A stretch of 64,000 bases of DNA, taken from positions 11,286,001 through 11,350,000 of the forward strand of contig NC_087438.1 in NCBI RefSeq assembly GCF_036321535.1. Reading direction: 5' to 3'. How positions within the stretch are numbered: position 1 is the stretch's first letter; every line of letters begins with the position of its first letter. Origin of the DNA: Camelus dromedarius (lineage: Eukaryota). Positions 40,767 through 53,884 of this stretch are shown in pieces. The position numbers and the translations under genes were made by a program. The notes beneath the pieces were generated by a model. That model had not been told where the DNA came from, did no database searches, and saw only the letters and a list, made by a program, of their open reading frames with translations.

Positions 40767-41084
40767 ACACTCCCCAGTGAGAAACACAAATGATTTTGTC
40801 TTTAATAAATCAAAATCTGAAAAGCATTTCCTAAGTGTTTTTCCTTGTGCTGGTGGAGGAAGATAATCTATCTTAATTTTGAGGCCATTCAGACATTTGA
40901 AAATATGGACTCTGGAGAAAAGAGCTAACCCATCTCTAAAAGGAAGGATGCTAAAACTCCTGCAACCAGTGAGTTACAGAATTTGGCCGATGAAAAGAAG
41001 TTTCACTGTTTTCACAAACAGGTGTCAGGACTAACAGAGCTGTTCTGGAACGGCAGCTTGGTGAGGGAAGGTTTCCTGGGTGCT

Positions 41085-41213
41085 TTATCAATAGCTGTGT
41101 CCTCCCCTTCCCTCCCCCTGGAACAGTGTCCAACACGTAGTAGGTGTTTGATAAATACCAGTAACATGATGAATGAGTGATAAGCCTAAGTGGCAAAATG
41201 AGTGAATGAATGA
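41085..41213 (+). mobile_element. L2 3' end
   Basis: cctggaacagtgtccaacacgtagtaggtgtttgataaata...tgaatgaatga. Confidence 0.65.
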
Positions 41214-41679
41214 GAGTCTGGTAGAGCTTTGGGTGACCTGTGCTGATTACCGGATGAAACTACGTTGTAATTAGCATTGAAATAATTTGTCCTTTTATGG
41301 CTTCTCCCCTGGTTTTGGAGAGCTGGCATTCCTAAAACTTTTAAAGCATTTTCCTTTCAATCTTAGGTATACAATTACATGGAACTTTACATGTGAACAA
41401 AATTTGAACTGTTATCACCAAATAAGAATCGAGTGAGTCTGAATTGATGTATTTCTCTCCAGCTCACATTTCTGTGGCTTGTTACTGAACAGTCTAAATA
41501 TCAGTTATAGATGTTTAGTTATTGGGCAGCCATAGCTATAAGGCTGCATAGTTTCTCACTAAAGATATTAAAGGAATAAAATGAATGAATAAATGATAAA
41601 CCTAAGTAGCAAAACCCTTGTGTTAGCTAATACAGTGTTTTTACTACTTTCTGTATTTGCAGACATGTTTGAAATAAAG

Positions 41680-41870
41680 TAATTCATTCAAACATGATTT
41701 AGGTCTTTTTTCTGTGTCAGGTATTTTCTAGACACAGGACAGAGATCAGGGAACAAGTCTAAATACTTGCCCGCATGGAGCTTACATTTTGGGGGAAGAG
41801 AGAGGCATTTAACAAATCTTGAAATAATGAAATTATAGTACATTGTTAATTAGTTTATGGTGCATTGAAG
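41680..41870 (-). mobile_element. L2 3' end
   Basis: attcattcaaaca...tgtgtcaggtattttctagacac...gaacaag...catggagcttacatttt. Confidence 0.7.
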
Positions 41871-41954
41871 TAAGAGTGATTATGATGAGGCTTTTTTTTT
41901 CATTGAATATTGATTTCATTATTCAATGATTTAAATCTCCTGCACAAAAAAGAC

Positions 41955-42095
41955 ATGTGATTTAGTGGGAAAAAAATAGATTGAAATCAAAATAACACTA
42001 TTCTGGCTCAGCCTCCAGTACTATATTATCTATACGATCTTGAAGAAGTCACTCATTTTCTTTGATCCTCAAATCTTCGTATGTAATGAGAGAAT
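41955..42095 (+). mobile_element. MIR remnant
   Basis: gatcttgaagaagtcactcattttctttgatcctcaaatcttcgtatgtaatg. Confidence 0.55.
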
Positions 42096-42379
42096 GAAAG
42101 CTTATTATCTTATTGAAACTCTATGAGGATGTACATATGCATACAGAAAATATGAAAGAAATGTAAATCTATGTGTGTGCATGAATGCTTTTATGTACAA
42201 TTGCGTATCTGTATCCACACCTATATGTGCATCATCGTTTCTCATGGGAAAGCAGATTATAAACAAGGAGGTTGGAGTAGATGCCAGGTAATGTCCAGTC
42301 TTTGTTAACATCATCTGTTTCTAGCTTTTAAAATGCCCATATCTTCATTCCTCCATCCTGAAACGGGTTCTCAGGGAAG

Positions 42380-43102
42380 CAAGGGAGTATCTTGCAAACA
42401 TCTAGGGAAGAGGGATGCAAGATGCAAAACTTCTAAGACAAGGATGTACTTAGGGTGTTTCTAGCAGGAGGGTGGTCCCAAATGACGGTGGAATAACAGA
42501 AGGGAAGATTGCAGGAGTTTCCTAGACCAAAGGTATACTCTGGACTTTGTTCTAAGTGTGATGGGAGTTGGAGAATGGAGCATAGAAAACTTGATTGGGT
42601 TGATTGTTTTAAAAAAGCCAACGTGACTTCCAGGGATAATGGTCTATATAATGGTCAAGAGTAGGGGGAAATAGCAGAAGGCTATTTCATTTTTCCAAAT
42701 GAGAGAAGGTGATGGCTTGAGCTGAGATCTTGGTGGTGAGAGGGTGAGAAGTGGTCCAACTTGGAATATCTGTTAGTATCAGAGCCTCCAGGAGTCCCTG
42801 CTGCATCGGATGTAGAGGGTCGTAGGAAGATACTAGTCAAGAGTGACTCCTAAGTATTTGGCCTGAAAAATCAGGTTGGTGGTAGTACCATTTAATGAGC
42901 CAAGGAAGACAAGTGCAGAGTAGGATTGAGGAATAAAACCAAACTTCATTTCTGAATATGTCACTTTGAGATGCCGTTTAAACTTCCAGGTGGAGCGGTG
43001 AGGAGACAGTTGGATGGAAGAATCTGGCGGGAGTCATAAAACTGAATACCAGTAACATATAGATGGTATTTTAAAACCATGGGATTGGATGAGATCATCT
43101 GA
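42380..43102 (-). mobile_element. L2 remnant
   Basis: tggactttgttctaagtgtgatggg, gtgatggcttgagctg, gagaagtggtccaacttgga, tttgagatgcc, aaccatgggattggatgagatc. Confidence 0.75.
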
Positions 43103-44386
43103 AGATGGTTCTTCTTAAAATATCTCTGATCTCTGCTAAAGAACCTTTGTGATTTCATTCCCAGTTACTAGGAATGAATACTTTGTTAAATACGGTAAAA
43201 ATGAATTAAAGGAAAAGTGAAATAAGGAAGTGCAAACTACAAGTGTCACTATTTTGTTTTATTTTATTTTTGCTATTACATTGAACAGACATGAAATTTT
43301 TCTGTGAAATTGCTGTGAAGATTTCTAAACACTTACTCTGGCTTTCTGTGCTGACCTTGTCGTGGACTGACAGCAAACAGCGTCACATCAAGCCAGGAGT
43401 GCGTGCAGAGAGAGAAGGAGCCTTGGGCCTCCAACGTTGGCCCTCAGCGAGATGAGGAGGGAGGCGGGAAGTCATCAGACCAGTTCTTAGAATTCAGATT
43501 AAGAAAGTGTTTCAAGGAAAATGAGGCAAATGTATAGTATATGCAAAGTAGATGCTCCCAGGCATCACATATAATGATCGAATGGGCCAGAATGAAGGCA
43601 GGGGTGCTATTTTGCTTTTACGCTTTCCTTTCCCTACCTGCTTTCATGAGGATGCAGTTCTTCCAGTCCTCAGCTTTGTCTCTGCACGGTCTGTTCTAAG
43701 ACGGTTTGAGGACAAACCTGAAGGAAGAAGCTCAAAAAATGAGCAACAGGGTTCATCGCCAAAGTTAGAACTGAGATCAGAGTTTTAAACATCTTCCTCC
43801 CTGAAAGCACAAGCCAAATGACCTAACTCTTAAATTGGAGGCTTTAGGGGTTCATGCTGGCCATTGAAGTCATTACCAAATCAACCCATTTATTTGCTGG
43901 TCCCTCTTTATTATTAGCAGTAGGCGTTATTTCAGCCAACACATTCTCTGAGTCAGGCCAGCAGTGTAATGGTACTCTTGATTTCTCAGCAAAGATTGTT
44001 TTTTCAGGCAAAGGGGGAAAAAGTAACTATGGACAATGGTGAGTGGGTTCAAATGCATGCATGTGAATCCAACCTAAGATTACTACCTTATGTGGAACCC
44101 AGAGGGAATTGCACAATCTCAGTTTTCCATCTGTGACTTAACTCACCCACTTAAAAGTATTGCCCCATATTTTTTTGCTTAGCCTGGTGCTTGTCTCTGC
44201 TCATCCCTTCACTCTCTTACCATCCCTTATTCCCCAGATGGGGCAGCTGAGCTTGGACCACTTCCCAGCTTGATGTTAGGGCTTAGGCCTGTTGCAGCAC
44301 TTTGCAGTAATTCTTTTTAATTACCCCTGGATATCTAAGAGTCTTCTGGCTCCACCTCGGTCCCCATATGGCAGCTTTACCAATAC

Positions 44387-44603
44387 CAGTGGTTCTCAAC
44401 TGGGAGTGATTTTACTTCCCAGGGGACATTTGGAAACATCTGGAGACATTTTGCATGACTCAATGTGGGAGGTAAAATGCTACTGGCATTTAGTGCATGG
44501 AGACCAGAGACGCTGCTAAACATCCTACAATGCACAGGACAGCCCCTGACAATGAAGAATTATCTGTCTCAAATACCAGTATTGTCAAAGTTAAGGAACC
44601 TTG
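44387..44603 (+). mobile_element. MER20 (hAT-Charlie)
   Basis: cagtggttctcaactggg...ccaggggacatttgg...tctggagacatttt...gctgctaaacatcctacaatgcacaggacagccc...aagaattatc. Confidence 0.93.
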
Positions 44604-45299
44604 CCCTATATCTGGACATCGATTGAGTCATTATTTTACCCTCCGTGCTGATGTTTCTCTCCACTTAAATAACTTAAATGCTTTCAGTTACTGATTATAT
44701 TTGATTAAGAAATAACAAAAGAAAAAGAAATAAAATGACGTTCCACATGCCCAGAGCACTCATGCTGGCTAATTAATAGCTATAGGAGGAATTGGGCAAT
44801 CATGTCTTTCAAACTTCAAGACTTCAGATTCTACTTGTGAGTTAAATTTGTGAGGACTTGGTGACAAATTTGGTAAAGAGGTATCCTCAGTCATTGCACA
44901 GCTGTATTGATGGAGGAAGACCTCAGTAATGAAATGAACTGAGAAAAACGTCTCAATTGTAGGATGGTTTTGTGAAGTACATTGCATGATTTGACCTGTG
45001 CAGCTCACCAAAGTGACCTTCCTGAGGAAGCTTGCCTTGGCAGAGCCCTGGGGACTCTGTCCACCAAAACACTTAACTTTTTGGGTGGATGAATTACAAA
45101 AAAAAAAAAAGGCACCCTTTTCTGAGCTTGGCACTCACAGGCCAGGACCAGGTGTGGGTGGATACACTCTGGCTGGATTCCAGCCTCATTTGGCCAGGGG
45201 GCCGGGACTTTGGTACAGGACACACCATTCACAGTTACCTAGGCAACAGCTTTGCTGGAACAATATCTTTGTGATGCGTATCCTTTTGGGTTTTTATTT

Positions 45300-45412
45300 A
45301 CTACACGAATATTTGTTAAGTGCCTACCTTGTGAGCACCATAGGCAACTGAGTATGCCAGTGAATAAAACAGGTAAAGATGCCCACCCTCAAGGAATTTA
45401 CAATCTGGTGGG
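45300..45412 (-). mobile_element. L2 3' fragment
   Basis: aatatttgttaagtgcctac...cagtgaataaaacag...ccctcaaggaatttacaatctggtgg. Confidence 0.65.
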
Positions 45413-45784
45413 ATTTACAATCTGGTGGATCCTGTGTTTTAAGCGTTTGTGATGTGAAGTTCATAATAACTGTATTCTCTAGGTGAGAAATAATAAACTG
45501 CTGATGATTCTTATCATTAGGTTACAGACAGTAGGAGCCTGGTTTAAGTCTTCCCAGCGCCCTAGCCCGGGCTTTCCTGCTGTGGAATGTTCCAGGTGAC
45601 CTCAGCCTGAGGTCTGCTGCCGCTTCCTTCTTGAATTACTTGCTGTAACTCTATTCTCTGACCTCAAGCCTTTGCTCATGGCCTGGCTGAGTGAAGAAGG
45701 GAGCATTTCCCCCTTGTGTGGTGGCTCTGACACTTCCAGCAGCCCCACCTGCAGTCCCTGGCAAGTCTCTGATTAAAGATTTGA

Positions 45785-46133
45785 CTTAAATTCTCCTTTA
45801 GAATTTATGAGACATTTCCTGCCTTTTTTTTTTTTTTTTTTTTGCCCTTGGGTACCCAAAACCTGTGTCTTATTGGTCAAAAGGCTTCGTGTGTGTTTTT
45901 TTTTCTGTTTTGAGGTTTCGGGATTGCAATGGGGCAGTGTCATGAGCGGCTTAAAAACTCCTTTAGAATTTATGAGACATTTCCTGCTTTTTTGCTTTTT
46001 TTTTTTTTTTTTTTTTTTTTTTTTGGCCCTCGGGTACCCAAAACTTGTGTCTTATTGGTCAAAAGGCTTTGTGTGTGTGTTTTTTTCTGTTTGGGGGTTT
46101 TGGGGTTGTGGTAGGACAGTGTCATGAGTGGCT
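45785..46133. repeat. Two-copy tandem duplication (~165 and ~182 bp units)
   Basis: Copies start at 45785 and 45950; identical blocks ctcctttagaatttatgagacatttcctgc (30 nt) and tgtgtcttattggtcaaaaggctt (24 nt). Confidence 0.95.
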
Positions 46134-47143
46134 GTCCTGCTCCAGTCTCTAAATGCCACCGTCACTATCCTTTTCACTGTAGTCTTGGAGCAGACCATGG
46201 AAGGACACAAAAAACCAAAAATAAAATTGCCAAAGCAGGCAGCGGTGAGCAGCAAACATGAATGGAATGCAGCCTGTGCGTTTGCTGAGGTGTGAATCAC
46301 CCTCAGTCTTCCTTTGACATCTGGAAGGAAGCAATGCCCAAACCGACATGCTGTAAATTACCCAGCACAGTCATTCCTGCTCTGAAAGGTGTCAACTTAC
46401 ATCTATTACATTGAAAGAGAAAGATGAATTAATTTTTTCCAAAAGTCCTAACTCATATGCTGTCCTTCAAACTTATTTCTCTTTCTGTGTTTTGGTTTTG
46501 AGGTACTTTCCGGGGATTGCGTGCTTTCAGGGAGATACTTGTGTGATGTTCAGAAAAGCTAGACTCCTATTTTCTTCATTGTTTCTGAAAACTTGCCTTT
46601 TGTTTCCACAAGACTCTGGATTGTGGTAAAACTTTTTTTCTTTTCACTTTTTCTTTAGTCCAGTGCCAGGTGGTAACCAGAATTTGGGTTGTGCAAAGGG
46701 GGACCATCAGGAGACGGAAGGATGTCTGTAATCTGACAGATTTTGAAAGAAGGCTCCTGGCATGAACTTGGAGGTTTGAGACTTCGAGGCTCAGATTAGA
46801 ACTCAGTTGACTTGGAGGCCAGGCCAGACTTCCTGTCGCACAAACGGAGCATCTGTAGGTATGGGTTGCTTCCGAAAACCTTTGGCTGTGCTTGTTTTGG
46901 AACCTACAAAGGATTTGCGACGTCTTCTAGATGAATTTCAACTCATTTATAAGACAGGAGAGTATTTGAGACCATAGGATTCCTACTTAAATCGAATGGA
47001 ATCTCATGCCTTTCCTGCCATACTAGAGAGTGAGCATTACAACAACTGGAAGTGGGTGAGATTCAGGGCTCGATGACAGTTTTTAGTGATATGTTATCAA
47101 AGAGAGGAATGCAGTGGGCGTGGCCTGTGACAATGGCTTATAT

Positions 47144-48138
47144 TTTTTAAATTAAAAAAACTGTATTGAAGTATAGTTGATTTACAATGTTAGTTTCAGG
47201 TGTACAGCAAAGTGATTCAGTTAGACATATACATACTTATATATTTTTTCAGATTCTTTTCCATTATATGTTATTACAAGAAATTGAATATAGTTCCCTG
47301 TGCTATACAGTAGGTCCTTGTTGTTTATCTATTTTATATATAGTAATGTGTGTCTTTTAATCCCCAACTCCTAATTTGTCCTTCCCTGCCCTTTCCTCTT
47401 TGGTAACCATAGTTTGTTTTGTATGTCCGTAAGTCTGTTTTTGGTTTGTAAATAGAATTTGTATCTTTTTTTTTTTAGATTCCACATATAAGTGACATCA
47501 TACGATATTTGTCTTTTCTCTGTCGGACTTACTTCACTCAATATGATAATCTCTAGGTCCATCCATATTGCTGCAAATGACATTATTTCATTCTGTTTAT
47601 GACTGAGTAATATTCCAGCGTATATATAGACCACATCTTCTTTATCCAGTCATCTGTTGATGGGTGTTAAGGTTGTTTCCATGTCTTGGCTATTGTAAAT
47701 AGTGCTGCTGTGAACATTGGGGTGCCTGTATCTTCTCAAACTATAGTTTGCCCCAGATATATGCCCAGGAGTGGGATTGCTGGGTCATATAGTAAGTCTA
47801 TTTTCAGTTTTTTAAGGAACCTCCATACTGTCCTCCATAGTAGTTGCACCAATTTACATTCCCACCAACAGTGTAAGAGGGTTCCTTTTTCTCCACACAC
47901 CCTGTGACCAACAAGGGACTAATTTCCAAAATATACAGACAACTCATGCCGCTTAATATGAAAAAAAAAAAAAACAAACAACCCAATCAAAAAATGGGCA
48001 GAAGACCTAAAAAGTCATTTCTCCAAAGAAGACATCCAGATGGCCAACAGGCATGTGAAAAGATGATCAATGTCGTTAATTATTAGAGAAATGAAATTCC
48101 AAACTACAGTGAGGTATCACCTCACACCAGTCAGAATG
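47144..48138 (-). mobile_element. 5'-inverted (twin-primed) L1, ~1 kb
   Basis: 47144-47903 is an antisense L1 3' end; 47904-48138 is sense ORF2 (caagggactaatttccaaaatatac...cacaccagtcagaatgg); TSD gacaatggcttatatt (47129) / gacagtggcttatctt (48139). Confidence 0.92.
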
Positions 48139-50344
48139 GACAGTGGCTTATCTTAAAAATGTATTCCTGTGTAGCGTTTGTAGGATTTGCTCTCATCATT
48201 TTTGTAGTGGGTTTAGACATGAAGTTGTATTTTTTTGTCAGATTAAGTAAGAATGTGTTCCCTGGGTGCATAATGATTACCCAGCAGCGGGAGGGCCATC
48301 CAGGAGTCAGCTGCTCAGCAGTCGGGAAACTGGTAGTGGATTAAAAATGGATAATCCACAGAGTGAGGAAAAATACAGCAGAGATGCAAATCCCCAATGT
48401 CATTTTCATTCAGTATCATATCACAGAATGGAGAAATAGGTTAAGTATTTTACCTCGCTAAGTAATTGTAAGGTTTGTAGTAAAAAAAACTGAGTTCCTC
48501 TTGCAAAAATTTTTTAATACTTAGAATTTATTTCTTGTCGATCTTGAGAATTCAGCTTCTAGGGGCTCACAGTTTGCAAGTCACTCCACCGGGAGAATGC
48601 ACCTAAGATAAAATCCTTTGAAAAAAAGGAAGGAGGCATGTGCCTCAGATGTGTTCTCCAGAGACATGTGTTACAGCAGAAGGAGCTGAGATGGATGAGT
48701 GGGCTGTTGGCCTGTGCTTTGTCATGAAGTTTTCATGCACAGAAAATGTCAGGTAAAGGAAAACTAGTGTGAGCAATAATCAACAAAACTGAGTTTCCCA
48801 AAGCATCTTATTTTATTTTAATCTCAAATCTTTTGATTTCTCCAACCCACCAGTACAAGGGCAAGTAACAGGATGTGAAAATTAAGAATTTCAAAGTGTT
48901 AAGATTTTGGATTAAGAAAAAAAAAACAACCTGGGAAAAAGTTGCATCTTAACATGCAACAAAAGAATTTGCAAACATCTCATTGGATCTGTGGGGGAGA
49001 TCTTAAAGAATATACCCAGTTAAAGAATGATAAATGGAATCCAATAGTATGGTGTCATGATTGCTAATTTATTATGTATCAAAATTCATAGTGTATGGCT
49101 TACTGACTGTACTTTTTATTGCTTCATTTTGAGACAGGTATGTATATTTATAGAGATTTGTATAAATCCAGCCCCCACCTCAGTCCCCGAGTCCTCCTTT
49201 TACAGTCACGTCTTAAATTCATCAGCTATAAATTATCCTTCTAGAAAGTTCTGGGGGAACTGTAAACTACTCCAGGGACGACTGCACTTTCACTACCGTC
49301 ATTCATTCTTGTTTCAGAGTGATGTGTCCAGGGATTTGTCCTTGGTTTAATCAATCTTTTTCTTCAGCAAAATGTTGACTTTAGGGCAAAGTTGTTTCTG
49401 TTGTGATAAGACTTTGAACATGTCTGTCACCGCAGTTCAAGTAGGACTTGGCTGTTGGGCAGCAGCAGACTCAGAGGACGGCAGCCAGGCTTGCACAGAG
49501 CGCTGGGATCTGGGGAGCAGGCATGGCTTGGACGCTCGGCCAGACACAGGCTCTCTAGGACACACTCTCTCCATCTTTTTTTTTCCCCTCCAGTGTCTGT
49601 GACTGATGAATTCGCTAAGCACTTGATATCTCCTACTCTGTTCTTTCAGCAGACCATTTGTTTATTTGAGAGCTTATTTTGGCAGGTGAATAATCAGCTA
49701 TCTGAACAAACTCAAGGGCGATCAAGGGGACTAATTAACCTCAACTCTAGATGATCCAGATTTTTAATGTTAGTATTTGTGACTTCGCAGAGCAATTGAT
49801 CTCAGTTGGCTTGCTTTCTTCCCCGTCTGCGAGAGCACATCAGAAGCTCTAAAACGCACTGAGAAAATAGGTTTTAAAGCCCTCATTACAGTCAAAATTC
49901 TGTGGGATTTTTTCAAATATGCAGATATTTTTTTCCGTTAGCTGTTGGCAGGAGATTCTCGTGGCCCTTTGTTCTAAAGATGGAACTCACAAATCTACAC
50001 TGTACTGTTTTCCCCACTTCAGAACTTTAATTAGTACAAATCCATTACTTGCGTTATTATTGAACACTGTTGATCAGATGCAGTCAAGTGTTTGATCTAG
50101 TTTTCCTAGGAGATGTGCTTTTTGTTGGCTAGGCAAGTTCGCTGTCTGCAAATAGAGCAGAAACAGAAGGATCAAGCAATGGCATGTGCCTTGAGAGCAA
50201 CAGCCTACAATTCTTACTTCCTTCAAGATTTATATTTATATTTATGAAAGATTTGTATTGGCTGGCTTGGATTTATTAGTTTGGCGCAGAGTCAGCAAAC
50301 TCTGGCATGCTGAACAATAATGCTGTTCTGAACGCCAGAAGCCA

Positions 50345-50470
50345 GGTGGTGGACATCAGATGGGAATTCTCGCCTTGGACTTCACTACCAGCTAGGTGTG
50401 AGGCCATGGATCACTCATTTAATTCCCATAGTCTGAGCATTCTCATCTGAATGAATAGGTTGGATGAGAT
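50345..50470 (+). mobile_element. MIR remnant
   Basis: cttcactaccagctaggtgtgaggccatggatcactcatttaa...ttctcatctg...gttggatgagat. Confidence 0.6.
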
Positions 50471-50653
50471 CAGTGGGTCTCAAGCTTGAATGTATAAAAG
50501 AATTTACTGGAGGGCTTGTTAAATTGAAATCACTGGACCTCACCTCCAGATTTGGCAGAGCTGGAGTGGGGCGGTCTGAGAAGCTGTCTTTCTAACAGGG
50601 TCCCAGGGAGTGTGGATGCGACTGGTCCAGGAACCACACTTTGAGAATTCCTG
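50471..50653 (+). mobile_element. MER5A (hAT-Charlie)
   Basis: cagtgggtctcaagctt...ggagggcttgttaaa...tttctaaca...ctggtccaggaaccacactttgagaa. Confidence 0.85.
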
Positions 50654-51884
50654 CATTGGTGATGTCTCTGACCACATCCAGTATTAACTTTGAGTGACTG
50701 CTTCATGCCCAGTGGCTGGAAGAGCCTATTTGGAACTTCTGAATGCATTGGCTCTGGTAGGTACGGTTGGGGAAGTGCTACCAGTATACCTTAATAAGAG
50801 CAGAAATTTAAATCTATTCAGTAGTGGGAAGGTCCTGGATGTTAACAGTAGCCCTGAACTAGTGGTGACAAGATTCGAAAAGGTTGGGGTACTGGAGTTT
50901 CACAGCAGGGAGACCACAGCGGTGGTGGTTGGAGGGAGCTGGGCATTCACTTGGGGTGGTGAGTTCTGTATAAATGATGTGACATCCTATAAACAGTTTA
51001 TGTCCATTGGATACAGAAAAAAAGAATAATTTGATTTCACAAGACAGTCGCTGGCCAACCAGTACTCTTTGGATTTCAACCATTAATGTAACTTTTAATA
51101 TCAATGAGAAAAGTGTGCTCGACTGAAAACAAAATTACATTTGACAAGCTCTGTTTGTATCTGTATCACCCTGTCCTTCAGAAACTGTGCAATAAATACA
51201 TGTACACAAACAATATTTACTAAGAATAGGGTTGGCTTTTTACTTTGTTGTCTTGACTCTAAGTGCTCTATTAGTGATTCTGGAAAGCATTAAATCCTTG
51301 GCTTTTTCAAACTTTACCCACAGTATTATCAACTTGTTTTTAAGTGCATTTCAGTTCCTGCTATTAAGAAAATCCTTGCTCACTCCAAGAGCCAAAGGAC
51401 ATGACTTCTAGATGCAGACTGGGAAATGAGAGAAGCACTGATTAACCCGATTTATAGCTATAATTTCTGGGTTGGAAAAATCAAGGGGTATGGCTGAAGT
51501 TTATTTCTGAATATTTAGGAAATCTCATCTGCCTCTGTTGCTCAAGATTTCTGAATTGTTGAAACTTCAATTTTACATTTTCCAAAACCCTATAATGTTC
51601 CTCAGATGTTCATACCAGACTATTGGCTGAAAACAAGTTTGCAAATATAAACTCTGTGCATCTTAGGAAAGGCTCAGCTTAGAAGAAGTTTAATTTTGTA
51701 ATTGAGTGGGTAAAAGTGGTCCTGTGTGTACTGTCAAAAAAAAAAAATATGATTGAGAAATATCGAGAGTTCCCATCCAAGAACATCATCTCTAATTGAA
51801 AAATAGGTTAGAGACATTGAAAATATGAATGATCAAGCAGGCATAAAAGGTGAATTTCTAAGGGCTGGCTGGCTCTGCTTAGGC

Positions 51885-51909
51885 GTGTGTGTGTGTGTGT
51901 GTGTGTGTG
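51885..51909. repeat. (GT)n microsatellite, ~12 units
   Basis: Directly visible. Confidence 0.9.
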
Positions 51910-53823
51910 ATTCTTTCTCTCTGCCCTACAAGTAAAATTCCATCATCTGCCTATCACATGGGAAGGCGCACCAACAAGTAGAAAACTTTCAGCAAATAGC
52001 TATACTTCGCCTGGGCAATCAAGCTTAGGAAGCCTCAATTTGTGAGTTAACCAAAAGCAATTTTTTAAAGGGCCTCCAGGAGAAATCTCCTTGGCCCCTT
52101 GCCTTCCTTCCTCCATCCAGGTGAACACTTCCCGTTATATCTGGAAATAACCAGCTGGCCAATACAAACTCTTAGTCAATTAGAACTAACCAGACATGTG
52201 TTATCAACCACTGTATAAGATGTGATGACTAGTTCCCAGGTTGTTTTGAAGACAACCGTTGGAGTAAACTGAGAAAGCCTGGCATGGAAGTCTGCTGCAC
52301 TCCAGGGCCTGGGCCAGAAGAGACGTGTTGCATCTGTTGAATCAACTGCCTTCTGGTTGTCCGCAGTCGTGGAGGGAGAGGTGAGAAAGAGGAGGTGAAC
52401 ACTCAGCTTCCAGACTCCCCCGCTAGCTGGTGGCATTCAAAGCATCTAGTTAATGAGAATTTGGCTTAGGATAAGTAAATTGGCATTTCCAGATACACTG
52501 AGGATTTCCATAGTTCCGGAATGAGTTATGCAGTGTCTAATCCTAGTCACTGATTTGCCTGTTTCTGAAATCTTAAAGGATTTTCCCAAGACTCAGATTT
52601 TCCCCCCACTAAGTCTAGGTGGTATTTTCAAATATTTCACTCAAATGCATTTCACTTGAAAAACGTAGGCTTCACACATACTATTTAACAATTTCTTGCA
52701 TCAAGAGGAAGCAAAAAAAGAGCAATCCTCTCAAAAATAAATAAACAAATAAAGCCTCATGCTTTTATTTTCTATATTTCTTTCTGCCCTCATGTAAAAG
52801 GAAATATTTGACCTAGTTTTATGATAGCATACCTATACATTTTCAATCAGTGTTAGCTGAAAGCAAATTACCCCTCTTTTCTCTTTTATTTTCATAATCT
52901 ATTACTTTGTTTGGAAACATTTGGCCTAATCAGTAATGATGCTTCCAGATGGCAAAACTATCAACAGCAATGGGTTAAAAACAATGAAAAAAGACATCCT
53001 GATATTACTTCTCATACACACTGAAGCAGATTATTCTCAGTCCACCCTCTCTGCAAGAGAAAGATGGATTTGAATTGGAGCATTCAATCCTAACAGCTTT
53101 GTCTTGCTCTGGCTTATGCCAAGGATGTGCAGTGTAAATCACAAGAAAAGTCTTGAAGCAACTAAGTGTTGAGAAAATGGACCATTCTTCGGGTATCAAC
53201 ATTGGATGCAGATCATTTAAAGCCATATGGCGTAGTTTTACTAGCTGTGCTCTTCTTAAGCAGGAGAAAGAAGGGCTTCGAAGATCAAGCCCCCTCAGCG
53301 ATACAAGGCTGTCCATTTGTGTGAAGTTGGGCATTTTTAATAACTTACCAACAGCATCTTGTAAAATGTATGACTGAAGTTAAGAGATCAGTTTCCAGTC
53401 TACTTTTCCCCTCCTCTCCAGTGTTTTGATGAACTCAGTGTATTCTTGAGCATTATCTAAAACTAGAAATAACTTTGATGGACAAAAGATAAGAAAGGGA
53501 AAAAATTTTTTTAAAGATGTACCAAACTTTAAGAAAAACTGCCTAGATTTTTAAATTATCTATAAAGAATTAGGGTCAATAGTTTGAGCAGAAGAAAAAT
53601 ATGAAGATTTCTATGTATTTTTTGCTGGTGGAGATTGTTAGAGGTGGGAAGTGTTCCTTTATGCAGCCGTAGTGCCTACAGAGAATAGGTTAATAGGTAT
53701 TTCTGTGAACCTCAGAAAGTAAATCAGCGTGTGGATTTAGGAATCAGGGATAAATGAACAATAGCTGCCTTGTCATTTCAAATCTGAGTCTGACTCCTGC
53801 TTCAGAACCCTTTCCTAGAAGGA

Positions 53824-53827
<4 letters not shown>

Positions 53828-53882
<55 letters not shown>
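53828..53882. repeat. (TG)~27 microsatellite
   Basis: Directly visible. Confidence 0.95.

Positions 53883-53884
<2 letters not shown>

Noticed and set aside
45396..45428. Small 16-17-bp tandem duplications (also 9424-9460 and 26486-26520)
   Set aside because: Ordinary slippage micro-duplications, two of them inside old repeats
45785..46133. CRISPR-like or LTR-pair interpretation of the direct repeat
   Set aside because: Only two adjacent long copies, with no spacers, no TG...CA termini and no internal region; eukaryotic context
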